From an uncultured delta proteobacterium (GTDB lineage Bacteria > Myxococcota_A > Polyangia > Fen-1088): 64,000 nucleotides of DNA. The translations under genes were made by a program, and so were the position numbers. Of this stretch, positions 24,439-33,855 are shown piece after piece. The stretch lies in the NCBI GenBank assembly GCA_963767925.1, contig CAVYGB010000009.1, positions 192,001 to 256,000 of the forward strand, given 5' to 3'. The notes under the pieces are model-generated. The model did not search any database. It worked only from the letters and a program-made list of their open reading frames with translations, and was not told the origin of the DNA. The number at the start of each line of letters is the position of its first letter. Position 1 is the stretch's first letter.

Positions 24439-25604
24439 CCGAGACCCCGCAGCTCTCCAGCGAACACCCGCCCCTGCCGGCCGCCGCGCCCGACGTGATC
24501 CCGCAGCGCCTCGACGATCTGATCGTCGTGCGCCTGGCCTCGCTCAAGGAGCCCGACTCGCCGAAGGACCTGGCCCGCACCCTGCGCGCGCTGGCCCCGC
24601 TGGGCTACAGCGACGCCGACTGGCGCGCGCGCATCGAGGAGGCGCTGGCCCGGCTGCAGGCGGCCGGGATCGTCGACGGGCGCCGGAAGGCGCCGGGCGC
24701 GGAGGCCAGCCTGGCCCGGATGGGCCTGCGGCCAGCCGACGCCTGGCGGTACATCCAGGGCCGCTTCTTGCCGGGGATCGGCCTGGGGATCGAGCCCCAC
24801 GACAAGGCCACGCACGACCGTCTCACCAAGCCCGAGCACTGGGCCGCCGCGGTGGTCGCGCGCGTGCACGGCCTCTGGCGCGAGGGGCGCGTGCCCTCGT
24901 TCCCCGACACCTGCGACGCCCTGGTCTGGCGCTCGTTCCAGCTCACCGGCAAGCCCAAGCGCTCCCCCAACCAGGTCCGGGCCTACGTCCTGGCCCGCAT
25001 GCTGGGCCAGCCCGGCCCCTCCGCCGAGCGCCTGATGTGTTACCTGGCCGCCCGCGACGTGGGCGCCGTCCGCGCCGACGCCATCAAGCTGCGCGAGGCC
25101 CTCTGCCGCCGCTGGCTCGCCGGCGCCGACTGGCCGCCCGCCGACCGCCCCGCCGCGCCGGCCGCGTCGCCGCCGCCCCGCCTGGCGACCGTCCCCAACG
25201 TCGCCCTGGTGCCGCCGCTGGCGCCGGCCGGTGGGACCCCGCCGGTCGCGTCCATCTCCTCGGCCGGAGAGGCCGCTGCTCAGCCCGCCGCCGGAAGGCC
25301 GCTGGCCCTCCCCGAGTTCGCCGCCATCGTTCGCCAGGCGGCGGCCCGCGCCACCGAGGGCGTCTTCGGCCGCTACAAGGTCTTCATCGCTCCCCTGTGG
25401 CGCGCCCTGCGCACCCACCCGGCCCTCGGCGACCTCTCCCTCGACGCCTTCAAGCGCGAGCTGGTAGCAGCCAACCGCGCCGGCCTCCTCACCCTGGCCC
25501 GGGCCGACATGGCGGCCGTCCTCAGCCCGCGCGAGATCGCCGAGTCGGAGACCCGCCACCTCGAGGCCGAATATCACTTCGTCGAGCGGGAGGAGACGCC
25601 GTGA
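24435..25604 (+). CDS. Hypothetical protein (389 aa), possibly winged-helix-like domains at both ends
   Basis: AGGAGG RBS; ATGA overlap with upstream gene; GC3-rich codon usage; C-terminal FGRYKVFIAPLW...FKRELVAANRAGLLTLARAD...YHFV. Confidence 0.75.
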   Translation: MTETPQLSSEHPPLPAAAPDVIPQRLDDLIVVRLASLKEPDSPKDLARTLRALAPLGYSDADWRARIEEALARLQAAGIVDGRRKAPGAEASLARMGLRPADAWRYIQGRFLPGIGLGIEPHDKATHDRLTKPEHWAAAVVARVHGLWREGRVPSFPDTCDALVWRSFQLTGKPKRSPNQVRAYVLARMLGQPGPSAERLMCYLAARDVGAVRADAIKLREALCRRWLAGADWPPADRPAAPAASPPPRLATVPNVALVPPLAPAGGTPPVASISSAGEAAAQPAAGRPLALPEFAAIVRQAAARATEGVFGRYKVFIAPLWRALRTHPALGDLSLDAFKRELVAANRAGLLTLARADMAAVLSPREIAESETRHLEAEYHFVEREETP

Positions 25605-28600
25605 GCCCGGCGCGGGAGCCGATCGCCGCGGCCGACCTGGACCGCTGGCTGAACGCCGCCGTCCAGCGCATGAACGCCGCCCTGACCGGCGCCCGGCGCG
25701 ACGAGGTCATCGCCGCCCTGAAGAAGGAGCTGGGCGTCGACGCCTCGTTTCGCCTGATGGCCTCCCTGTCGTTGCTGTCCGACTGCCTGCGCGTGGCCCA
25801 CCTGGCCATCGAGGCCGACGGCCAGGCCGACCCCGAGGAGATCGTCCGCGTCTCCCCGGTCGTCGCGGTGGCGGCGCCCCGCTATTTCCAGGTGGTCTCC
25901 GGCTACGAGCCGTTCGGCGAGGTGGAGCCCGGGTCCTCCCACGTGGTCGAGTTCCTGCGGGCCCACAAACACGACCCGGGCCCCTTCGGCAACGGGAGCA
26001 CGAGTGAATGGCGCGGCTTGCAGCTGTGCGAGCGGGTGGGCGACCTGGCCCGGGACGAGACGCTGGTCCGCGACCACGAGCGGATGCTGGTGCGGATCAT
26101 GGAGACCGTGTTCGCCGGCCGCGACACCGAGGTCGAGCGGAGCGCCCACCAGGAGCTGGCGGATCTCTTCGAGCGCACGCGCAGCGCCGGCCGCGACCCC
26201 CGCGTCTCCGCCTTCTGCCGCCCCGACGGCCCCGAGGTGTTCTCCTCCGTGGCTCACGGATCCCAGGTCTTCCAGCGCGACCCCTTCGACGTCGAGTCGA
26301 TCCACGGCGAGGCCCGCTCCGCCTTCATGACCCAGATCGAGCGGGTGATCGCCCCCCGCAGCGCGGGCGCCGGCCACGGGCGCCTGATGCTGGTCAGCGG
26401 CCGGGCCGGCAGCGGCAAGACCCACCTCCTGCGGGCCTTTCGCACCGCGGTCCACGAGGTCGGCCTGGGCTACGTCGGCTACCTGCAGATGTCCTCCGAC
26501 GTCGGCGACTACGCCCGCTACGTCCTCATCAAGCTGATCGACTCGCTCGAGCGCCCCTACGATCCCCCGTCGGTGTCGGAGCCGGCCCTGCTCTGCCTGT
26601 CCGACAGCCTTGTCGAACACGCCGGCGCGCTCCCCCGGGCGGCGGTCGACCGCCTGCGCTCGGCCGAGATCCCGCCGGCGGAGCTGTCGACGTTCGTCGG
26701 TGGCCTCGTCGATCGGCTATCCCGGGTGCCGGCGCTGGCCAGCGCCGACAGCGATCTGCTGCAGGCCCTCCTGCTGCTGCAGCGGCGGGATCCGGCCGTG
26801 CAGCGCCGGATCGTGAAGTTTCTGCGCTGCGAGTCCCTGACCGCGCACGAGCAGCAGCTCCTCGGGGGCCTGGCGTCCCGCCTGCAACCGGAAGATCCCG
26901 GGCGCACCATCGAGCAGATCGGCCAGCTCGCCTTCGCCCTCGACGGCAAGGCGCTGGTTCTGCTTGTCGACCAGATCGAGGACGCCATCCCCGACGCCAG
27001 CAACCACGCGCGGATCCAGCGGGCGATCAACGTGCTCCGCCGGATCGCCGACGCCGTCCCGTCGACCCTTGTCGTCCTGGCCTGCCTCGACGACATGTAC
27101 GAACGGATCCGGGGCAAGCTCGAGCCGTCGGTCATCGACCGGATCGAGCGCGATCCCCCGCCGGTGCGGCTGGTGGCCCACCGCAGCCGGGCGGAGATCG
27201 AGAAGATGCTCGTGGTCCGCCTGGAGCACCTGTACGAGGCGCTCGACGTCTCCTGGCGCGACGAGGAGCCGCTGTTTCCCTTCAACGCCGATCAGCTCGA
27301 CGAGCTGGCCAACCAGCGGGCCCGCGACTGCCTGGCGTTCTTCCACAAGTACCAGCAGCAGTGCATCGCCGCGCGCGACCTGGTCACGGCTCCGCTGCCG
27401 CCGGTGGCGGGAGATCCATTGGCCCCTACCGAGAAGTTCGACTTCGATCGCGCCTGGAGCGATGCCCTGGTGGCGACGACCTCCGGACCGGACGACGATC
27501 TCGACCTGCTACGCACCATCGAGCGCGGGCTCCTGGCCGGCAGCGACGAGGCTACAGTCGAGATCGCCACCCGGTTGACGACCGAGTCGGCGCCCCGGCT
27601 GTCGCTCAAGTTCGGAGATCGCCCGCTGTCGCCGCGGGTGATCGAGCTGTGCAACAAGCAGGCGCAAGGCGGCGGCCTGGGCGGGCAGCTCGAGAAGCTG
27701 CGCAAGAGCGTCAAGCCGGGCGAGATCGCGGTGGCCCTGCGGACCTCCGGGTTCTCCTTCGGGTCGAAGACGGCGGTGGCGCGGGCGGTGGGCGAGTTGG
27801 TCAGGGCCGGCGGCCTGGCCGTCACGGTGGAGGACGGCGACCTCCGCGCGATCGCCGCCCTCGAGGCCTTCACGGCCGCCCACGGCGGCGAGCCGGGTTT
27901 TCGGGAATGGCGACGCCGGGCGCGGCCTCTGACCGGCTCGAACCTCTTCCAGAAGCTCCTCGATATCGAGGGCGTGCGGCCGGTCGCGCCGCCCCCCGTT
28001 TTGGGCGACGGTCAGAAGCGAGTCTCCGGTAACCCCGCCCCCACCTCCTCGGCGACCAACGGCCACCCACCGATCGTGCATCCCGAGGCAACGCCGCCCG
28101 GCCGGCAGATCCGCCTGGGCGCCACCCTCACCATGCGCGCGGACCCGGTCACCCTCGACGTCGAGGCGCTGAAGATGCACGCCGCCTTCCTGGGCGGCAC
28201 CGGCAGCGGCAAGACCACCCTGGTCCTCAACGTCATCGAGCAGCTCCTGGAGCGGGGCGTCTCCGCCCTCATGGTGGATCGCAAGGGCGACCTCGCCCGT
28301 TACGCCAGCGCCGCCTGGTGGGACGAGGTCCCGGCCGACCCCGAGGCGGCCCGCCGCAAGGCCGCCCTGCGCGCCCGCGTCGACGTCGACCTCTTCACCC
28401 CGGGCGACGCCAGCGGCCGGCCCCTGCGCATTCCCCTGATCCCGCCCGGGATGGCCGAGATGCCCAGCCAGGAGCGCGATCAGATGGCCAAGATCGCCGC
28501 CAGCGGCCTGGCCGCGATGCTCGAGTACCGTAAGGGCGCCGGCTACAAGTTCCGGGAGGCCATCCTCAAGAAGGCCATCGAGCTGCACGCCGACAACGGT

Positions 28601-29389
28601 CCGGCCTCCCTGCGCGACCTGCAGGACACCATCTCCCGGCCGGATCCCGAGCTGATCGCCCAGGTCGGCAACCTGACCAAACACTTCAGCAAGCTCGCCG
28701 AGGACCTCGATTGGCTCGGCATCCAGCGGGGCAGCTTGCTCTCCGGGGACGGCGAGGTCCTCGACCTCTCCACCTTGCTGAAGCCGCAGCCGGGGCGGTC
28801 GCGCCTGGTGATCATCAGCGCGGTGGCCTTGACCGAGGCGTCGATCCTGCAGTTCTGGGTCTCCCGGCTGCTGGTCGAGCTGGCCCGCCTGGTGAAGCGC
28901 GACCCCAGCCCCACCTTGCGGGCAGTGGCCTTCTTCGACGAGGCCGACCTGTACATCCCGGCCGTCTCCTCGCCGCCCACCAAGGAGCCGATGTTCGATC
29001 TGCTGCGCCGGGCCCGGTCGGGTGGGGTGGGGATCCTGCTCGCCTCGCAGAACACCGGCGACTTCGACTACAAGGCCCGGGACAACATCAACACCTGGTG
29101 CCTGGGCAAGATCGCCCAGGACCGGGCCATCGAGAAGATGCGCAACCTCCTGTCGGGTTACCCCAACGTCGCCACCCGCCTGGCCAGCCAGAGCACCGGC
29201 AGCTTCTTCCTCCTCAACCCCACCCTGGTCCCCGCCACCCGCGAGCTGCGCGCCGACCGCTCGCTGATGAAGACCGAGCAGCTCCCCGACCACGAGGTAG
29301 CCGCCATCGCCCAGGCCAGCCGCCCCACCCCCCCACCCCCCACCGGCCGCCCCAGCTCCCGCCAAACCCCCACCCGCCGCGCCGCCTGA
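25601..29389 (+). CDS. Dual P-loop ATPase: TerB-like N-terminus, AAA/STAND-like ATPase, C-terminal HerA/DUF87 ATPase
   Basis: GTGA overlap; GRAGSGKTHLL plus VLLVDQIE; HAAFLGGTGSGKTT, VDRKGD, FFDEAD, RRARSGGVGILLASQ. Confidence 0.85.
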   Translation: MSPAREPIAAADLDRWLNAAVQRMNAALTGARRDEVIAALKKELGVDASFRLMASLSLLSDCLRVAHLAIEADGQADPEEIVRVSPVVAVAAPRYFQVVSGYEPFGEVEPGSSHVVEFLRAHKHDPGPFGNGSTSEWRGLQLCERVGDLARDETLVRDHERMLVRIMETVFAGRDTEVERSAHQELADLFERTRSAGRDPRVSAFCRPDGPEVFSSVAHGSQVFQRDPFDVESIHGEARSAFMTQIERVIAPRSAGAGHGRLMLVSGRAGSGKTHLLRAFRTAVHEVGLGYVGYLQMSSDVGDYARYVLIKLIDSLERPYDPPSVSEPALLCLSDSLVEHAGALPRAAVDRLRSAEIPPAELSTFVGGLVDRLSRVPALASADSDLLQALLLLQRRDPAVQRRIVKFLRCESLTAHEQQLLGGLASRLQPEDPGRTIEQIGQLAFALDGKALVLLVDQIEDAIPDASNHARIQRAINVLRRIADAVPSTLVVLACLDDMYERIRGKLEPSVIDRIERDPPPVRLVAHRSRAEIEKMLVVRLEHLYEALDVSWRDEEPLFPFNADQLDELANQRARDCLAFFHKYQQQCIAARDLVTAPLPPVAGDPLAPTEKFDFDRAWSDALVATTSGPDDDLDLLRTIERGLLAGSDEATVEIATRLTTESAPRLSLKFGDRPLSPRVIELCNKQAQGGGLGGQLEKLRKSVKPGEIAVALRTSGFSFGSKTAVARAVGELVRAGGLAVTVEDGDLRAIAALEAFTAAHGGEPGFREWRRRARPLTGSNLFQKLLDIEGVRPVAPPPVLGDGQKRVSGNPAPTSSATNGHPPIVHPEATPPGRQIRLGATLTMRADPVTLDVEALKMHAAFLGGTGSGKTTLVLNVIEQLLERGVSALMVDRKGDLARYASAAWWDEVPADPEAARRKAALRARVDVDLFTPGDASGRPLRIPLIPPGMAEMPSQERDQMAKIAASGLAAMLEYRKGAGYKFREAILKKAIELHADNGPASLRDLQDTISRPDPELIAQVGNLTKHFSKLAEDLDWLGIQRGSLLSGDGEVLDLSTLLKPQPGRSRLVIISAVALTEASILQFWVSRLLVELARLVKRDPSPTLRAVAFFDEADLYIPAVSSPPTKEPMFDLLRRARSGGVGILLASQNTGDFDYKARDNINTWCLGKIAQDRAIEKMRNLLSGYPNVATRLASQSTGSFFLLNPTLVPATRELRADRSLMKTEQLPDHEVAAIAQASRPTPPPPTGRPSSRQTPTRRAA

Positions 29390-29499
29390 CCCCGGGTCTC
29401 CCGCGGAGCGGGTCGTCGCGGTGCAACCGGAGTCGCTCCGCAGGTGCCCTCGTGGTCATGTGCACGAAGACCGGCTTTCACCCCTGATCCACGTCTCCG

Positions 29500-29806
29500 G
29501 ATCGGCTCAAGGGGCGAAAGGACCCAGGTCTTCGTGAGCGCGGCCTCTGCGTGGGAGATCGCGACGAAAGTCCGACTGGGGAAGCTCGTCTGGAAGCCCT
29601 CCGAGTCGGTGCAATCGTATTGTTCGAGTCAGAGTTTCGACCTCCTGCCCGTGACGTTCGCCCACGGCGAAAAGGCCGGGGCCTGGCCCCAGCCGCACGG
29701 CGATCCGTTCGTTCGGATGCTCGCCGCGCAGAGCGCCCTCGAGAACCTTCCGCTGGCGACCGACGATCCGAAGGTCGAAGGATTCGGGGTCGAGACGATC
29801 TGGTAG
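29500..29806 (+). pseudogene. vapC: VapC/PIN toxin remnant, N-terminus missing
   Basis: VFVSAASAWEIATKVRLGKL, HGDPFVRMLAAQ, LATDD; lacks N-terminal LLDT motif; DPFDR is DPFVR; no antitoxin. Confidence 0.75.
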
Positions 29807-29808
29807 CG

Positions 29809-30270
29809 CTACTGCTTCTGGGCCACGGGGGTGGGGGGCTTCAGCTCGGTGGATTGGCGGGCGATCATTTGCCAGCCGCGGGGGGTCTTGGCCCAGACGC
29901 TGAGGGTGACGAGGTTCTGGTGGAGGACGGGGGCGCCCTTGGGGTGCTTCTCGTAGCGGGCCTTGCCGGTCACGACGGCGGTGTCGCCGCGCACGTCGAC
30001 CTTCGTGTCGCTGAGCTCGACGGCCTTGTAGACGGTGGTGCTCTTCATGACGTGGTCGGTGGCCTGGGTCTTGTTCTCCACCAGGCCGATCGAGTGGCCG
30101 TAGCTGAGGGCGGAGTGGAAGACCTTGTCGAACTTGGCGGCGTCCTTGGTCAACATGGCCTGGCGCCAGGTCTCCAGCGCGGCCAGGACCTCCTTCTCCT
30201 CGGGGGAGCCGGCGAGGGCCGGGGAGACAGTCAGGGTCAGCAGGGCGAAGGCCAGGACGAAACGCCTCAT
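29809..30270 (-). CDS. Secreted NTF2-like (DUF4440) protein
   Basis: Signal peptide; LSYGHSIGLVENK, VRGDTAVVTG, WAKTPRGWQMIARQS. Confidence 0.8.
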   Translation of the reverse strand: MRRFVLAFALLTLTVSPALAGSPEEKEVLAALETWRQAMLTKDAAKFDKVFHSALSYGHSIGLVENKTQATDHVMKSTTVYKAVELSDTKVDVRGDTAVVTGKARYEKHPKGAPVLHQNLVTLSVWAKTPRGWQMIARQSTELKPPTPVAQKQ

Positions 30271-30690
30271 GGGGAGCTCCTTGGGCAGGGTGGACCTGGC
30301 GACCATCCGCGTCGCGCAGGGAAGGGGCCACTCTAGAAGAATCGCCCGCCGCCGACAATGAGGCGCACCTGGCCGTCGGGCCGGGTAGGGGGGCGTGGGC
30401 CGGGGGCGCCGCCGCCGGGACAGCCCCCCCGAGGCGGCCGGGCCATGTCGGTGGGGCGCGCGCACCGCAGGGGGCGCCGTGGCCTGCGCCGGTGACACGG
30501 ATCGGTCGAACCCCCGCGGAGCCTTGCCCGCCACGGCAGCGCGGCGTCGCCCGGCGCTGGCGCTGGCATGTCCTTCGCTGAGACGGCAGCGCCACGGTGG
30601 CCGGCCGCGCGTCGGTCCACACGTCGCGACGGAAACCCGGTGGATCGTCCGGATCGGTGGGCGGCCGAGCTCGAACCAGGGAGGAAAGAT

Positions 30691-32643
30691 TTGCGAACAC
30701 GTTCAGGCGTATTGCTGGTGCTGGTGCTGGCGCTGGGGCTGACGGCGGGGATGGTCCTGCCCGAACGCGCCCCCGCCATGAGCAACCCGACCGCCGCGCA
30801 CTGGATCGGCGCTGCGGCTGCGCTCGATCCCAGGGGGGGCTGGAGCTTCGTCGCCGGCGACTTCAACGGCAGCGGCCGCGACGACGTCGCCGGCTATCAC
30901 CCCAACGGAACGATCTGGGTGGGACAGAACGGCGGCACCAGCTTCGGCTTCGGCGGCACCGCCTGGGCGACCGGCCTGACCCCCGCCACCGGCTGGAGCT
31001 TCCTGGCCGGCCGCTTCGCCGGCGACGCAAAGGCCGACGTCGTCGGCCACCACCCGGGCAACGGCACCATCTGGGTGGGTCGCAGCACCGGCACCACCTT
31101 CGACTTCGGGCCCGCCGCCTGGGCCACCGTGAGCACGGGCGGGAGCTGGCGCTTTGTCGCCGGCAACGTCGCCGCCGATGGCGCCGGCGGCGAGCACACC
31201 GATCTGATCGGCTTTTACTGGGCCAGTGGCGGCGCCCACGACGGCACCTTGTGGCTCGGCATCAACGTCGACGCCACCCCCCCGCGCTTCGACTTTTACC
31301 AGTGGGGCGGCGCCCTCCCGGGCAACGCCGCCACCTGGCCGAACCTCCGCTTCGTCGCCGGTGACTTCGCGGGCGACGCGAAGGTCGACGTCCTCCGCTA
31401 CGACCCCGGCACCGGCGAGCTCTGGGTGGGGCAGAACACGGGCGCCGGCCACCCCGCCTGGACCGCGCCGAGCTGGGGAGCGACCGCCTGGTACGAGCTG
31501 CAGGCCCCCGAGCCCCTGGCCGGCTGGACCTTCGTGGCCGGCAACTTCGACGGCGCCGGGAAGGACGATCTGCTCGGCCACGATCCGGCGAGCGGCCGCC
31601 TCATGCTGTTCATCAACACCGGCAGCAAGTTCCTCGCGAGCTGGGAGGACACGCTGGCCCCCCACGTCCCCCAGAGCGGCCAGCCCGCCTCCGAGGCCCC
31701 GATCTGGAGCCTGGTGGCCGGCAACTTCCAGGGCGCGGCCGCCGACCCCCGCACCGACGTCGTGGCCTACGCCGCCCCCGGCAGCGCCGGGGTGGCCCGG
31801 GATCACCTCACCGGCGACGACTACGCCGGCCGGCTCTACGTGATGAGCCCCGGCGTCGCCCGGATCGGCATCCCGCTCTACAAGCACCCCACCCCGGGCA
31901 GCTTCTGGGACACCTTCGCCAGCAGCGATCTGACCGCCCGCTTCGCCGTGCACAACCCCAGCGGCCCCGAAGAGGCGCGCCAGTGCCCCCCCGACCCCAA
32001 CAACCCGCCGAGCTGCGCCTACCCCAAGACCCGGATCTACGCCCCCGACGACGCCATCATGCGGGGAGAGTTCCTGGCCCAGCGGATCGCCTCCCGCCGG
32101 GCCGGCAAGACCATCCTGGGCTACGTCTCGACCAACTACGGCTTCGACGACGACGCCTCCGACCCCACGCCCTACCTCGACGTGATCAAGGCGGTCATCG
32201 ACCGCCACTACGCCCACTACCAGGTCGACGGCATCTTCCTCGACGAGGCCTCCACCGACTGCGCGAAGAAGACGACGCTCTACCAGCCGCTGCACGACTA
32301 CATCAAGACCAGGGGCGGCGCCGGCCTGGTGGTGCTGAACCCCGGCACCGACACCAACGAATGTTTCATGTCGGCCGCCGACATCATCGTGGACTACGAG
32401 AGCGCGACCTACGCCACCTACCAGGCGGCGAGCGACGCGGCCTGGACCCAGGACCACGCCCCCGGCCGCTTCTGGCACATCTTGCCGGGCGAGAGCCTCA
32501 GCACCAACATGCAGGCCGCGCTGGCCCTCAGCAAGACGCGCAAGGCCCGCTGGATCTACATCACGAGCTGGGACGACCCCAACCACTACAAGAAGGCCCC
32601 CGCCTACTGGGGCCAGCTCCTGCTCGACGCCGCCCTGCCGTGA
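30691..32643 (+). CDS. Secreted FG-GAP/VCBS-repeat protein with C-terminal spherulin-4 (GH135-like) domain
   Basis: GAGGA RBS plus TTG; repeats WSFVAGDFNGSGRDD; ILGYVSTNYG, VDGIFLDEA, VVLNPGT, ADIIVDYE. Confidence 0.8.
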   Translation: MRTRSGVLLVLVLALGLTAGMVLPERAPAMSNPTAAHWIGAAAALDPRGGWSFVAGDFNGSGRDDVAGYHPNGTIWVGQNGGTSFGFGGTAWATGLTPATGWSFLAGRFAGDAKADVVGHHPGNGTIWVGRSTGTTFDFGPAAWATVSTGGSWRFVAGNVAADGAGGEHTDLIGFYWASGGAHDGTLWLGINVDATPPRFDFYQWGGALPGNAATWPNLRFVAGDFAGDAKVDVLRYDPGTGELWVGQNTGAGHPAWTAPSWGATAWYELQAPEPLAGWTFVAGNFDGAGKDDLLGHDPASGRLMLFINTGSKFLASWEDTLAPHVPQSGQPASEAPIWSLVAGNFQGAAADPRTDVVAYAAPGSAGVARDHLTGDDYAGRLYVMSPGVARIGIPLYKHPTPGSFWDTFASSDLTARFAVHNPSGPEEARQCPPDPNNPPSCAYPKTRIYAPDDAIMRGEFLAQRIASRRAGKTILGYVSTNYGFDDDASDPTPYLDVIKAVIDRHYAHYQVDGIFLDEASTDCAKKTTLYQPLHDYIKTRGGAGLVVLNPGTDTNECFMSAADIIVDYESATYATYQAASDAAWTQDHAPGRFWHILPGESLSTNMQAALALSKTRKARWIYITSWDDPNHYKKAPAYWGQLLLDAALP

Positions 32644-32729
32644 TCCGGAGGCGATCGGGTGGACGCTGCCGGTCCTGGCCGGTCGAGCGGACGCAAGTTG
32701 CGTGGCTGCCGCCGCATCGAGCCCAGCAC

Positions 32730-32757
32730 TTGACTCCGGCGGTCGCCGCCGTAGGCT
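32730..32757 (+). promoter_or_regulatory. Possible sigma70-type promoter with palindromic spacer
   Basis: TTGACT-N16-TAGGCT; spacer contains CGGCGG-TCG-CCGCCG. Confidence 0.3.
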
Positions 32758-32813
32758 AGGCTGCTCTCTCGATATCCAGCCGTACAGCTCATCTTCGATC
32801 GTCGAGACCGCCC

Positions 32814-33119
32814 GTGACCAGATTCTTCGCCGCCTTCCTGCTGCTGCAGCTCCTCGGTCAGGCGACTGGTGCGATGTATGCGGCCGAGGAGATGATGTGC
32901 GACGAGACCTCGGAGGGCGACGGTCACGAGGAGGATTGCACCCCTGGCTGCGAGCAGTGCCTGTGCTGCCCGCATCCTCGGCTGCTCCTGCTGCGGACCC
33001 CCGGGGACTTCACCGTGCCGGAGGTGGAAGAGTTCGTCTTTTCACCGCCAGAGCGGCTCATCACCGAGCCCGAGCCGAACGAGATCATGCACGTCCCCAA
33101 GGCCGGACGGTCTGCCTAG
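32814..33119 (+). CDS. Small secreted Cys-rich putative metal-binding protein
   Basis: Signal peptide; CDE...DCTPGCEQCLCCPHP; ends EIMHVPK. Confidence 0.6.
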   Translation: MTRFFAAFLLLQLLGQATGAMYAAEEMMCDETSEGDGHEEDCTPGCEQCLCCPHPRLLLLRTPGDFTVPEVEEFVFSPPERLITEPEPNEIMHVPKAGRSA

Positions 33120-33213
33120 GTAGTCGTCCCTTTCACGCGTCTGCGTGCGCGGAGCCCGGAGCGGTCCGTCCGCGAGCCGCAGGCGCATGTCCTGTCCGCC
33201 TCGAGGAGAACCA

Positions 33214-33855
33214 ATGCTCAAGATCCGTCCTGTCGCCCTCACCTTGTCCGTCTTCGTTGCCGCCGGCTGCGCCTCGTCTCGATCCGTCACCCACGGCACC
33301 ATCACCACGCTGAGCGCCGCTTCGTCCTCGGACTCCCCACGCTGTGAGCACCGTGTGCCAAGGGAGGTTTGCACCCGATGCAATCCCGCCCTCGTGGAGA
33401 AGTTCAAGGCGGCGAAAGACTGGTGTGTCGAGCACGCCGTGCCTGAGTCCCAGTGCTTCGAGTGCCATCCCGATCTGACCTTCGATCCCTTGCCCCCGCT
33501 GGCGCCGAACGCGGATCTGAAGGAGCTATCCAGGGAGGGCGAAGACGTGCCCTCGCTCGAGGCGCACGTGGTGCCGGGAAAGGTGACGCTGTTCGACTTT
33601 TACGCCGTCTGGTGCGCGCCCTGCCGGAAGATCGACGCCCACGTGTACGCCCTGCTCGCCAGCCGTGGCGACCTCGCCCTGCGCAAGCTCAACGTGGTGA
33701 GCTGGGAAACGCCGCTGGCGGCGCGCTACCTGAAGAACATTCCCAACCTCCCGTACATAGTTGTTCATGGGAAGGATGGCCGCCGGGTCGATGCGGTGGC
33801 CGGACTCGACCTGCCCGCGCTCGATCGGGCGATCGCCAGGGCAGGTGCCCGGTGA
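33214..33855 (+). CDS. Lipoprotein: Cys/His metal-binding repeats fused to thioredoxin domain
   Basis: GAGGAG RBS; AAGC lipobox; CEHRVPREVCTRCNP and DWCVEHAVPESQCFECHP; DFYAVWCAPC. Confidence 0.75.
   Translation: MLKIRPVALTLSVFVAAGCASSRSVTHGTITTLSAASSSDSPRCEHRVPREVCTRCNPALVEKFKAAKDWCVEHAVPESQCFECHPDLTFDPLPPLAPNADLKELSREGEDVPSLEAHVVPGKVTLFDFYAVWCAPCRKIDAHVYALLASRGDLALRKLNVVSWETPLAARYLKNIPNLPYIVVHGKDGRRVDAVAGLDLPALDRAIARAGAR

Noticed and set aside
25601..29389. Conjugative VirB4/VirD4 or BREX ATPase
   Set aside because: No T4SS, relaxase, pglX or pglZ genes nearby; tandem ATPase architecture differs
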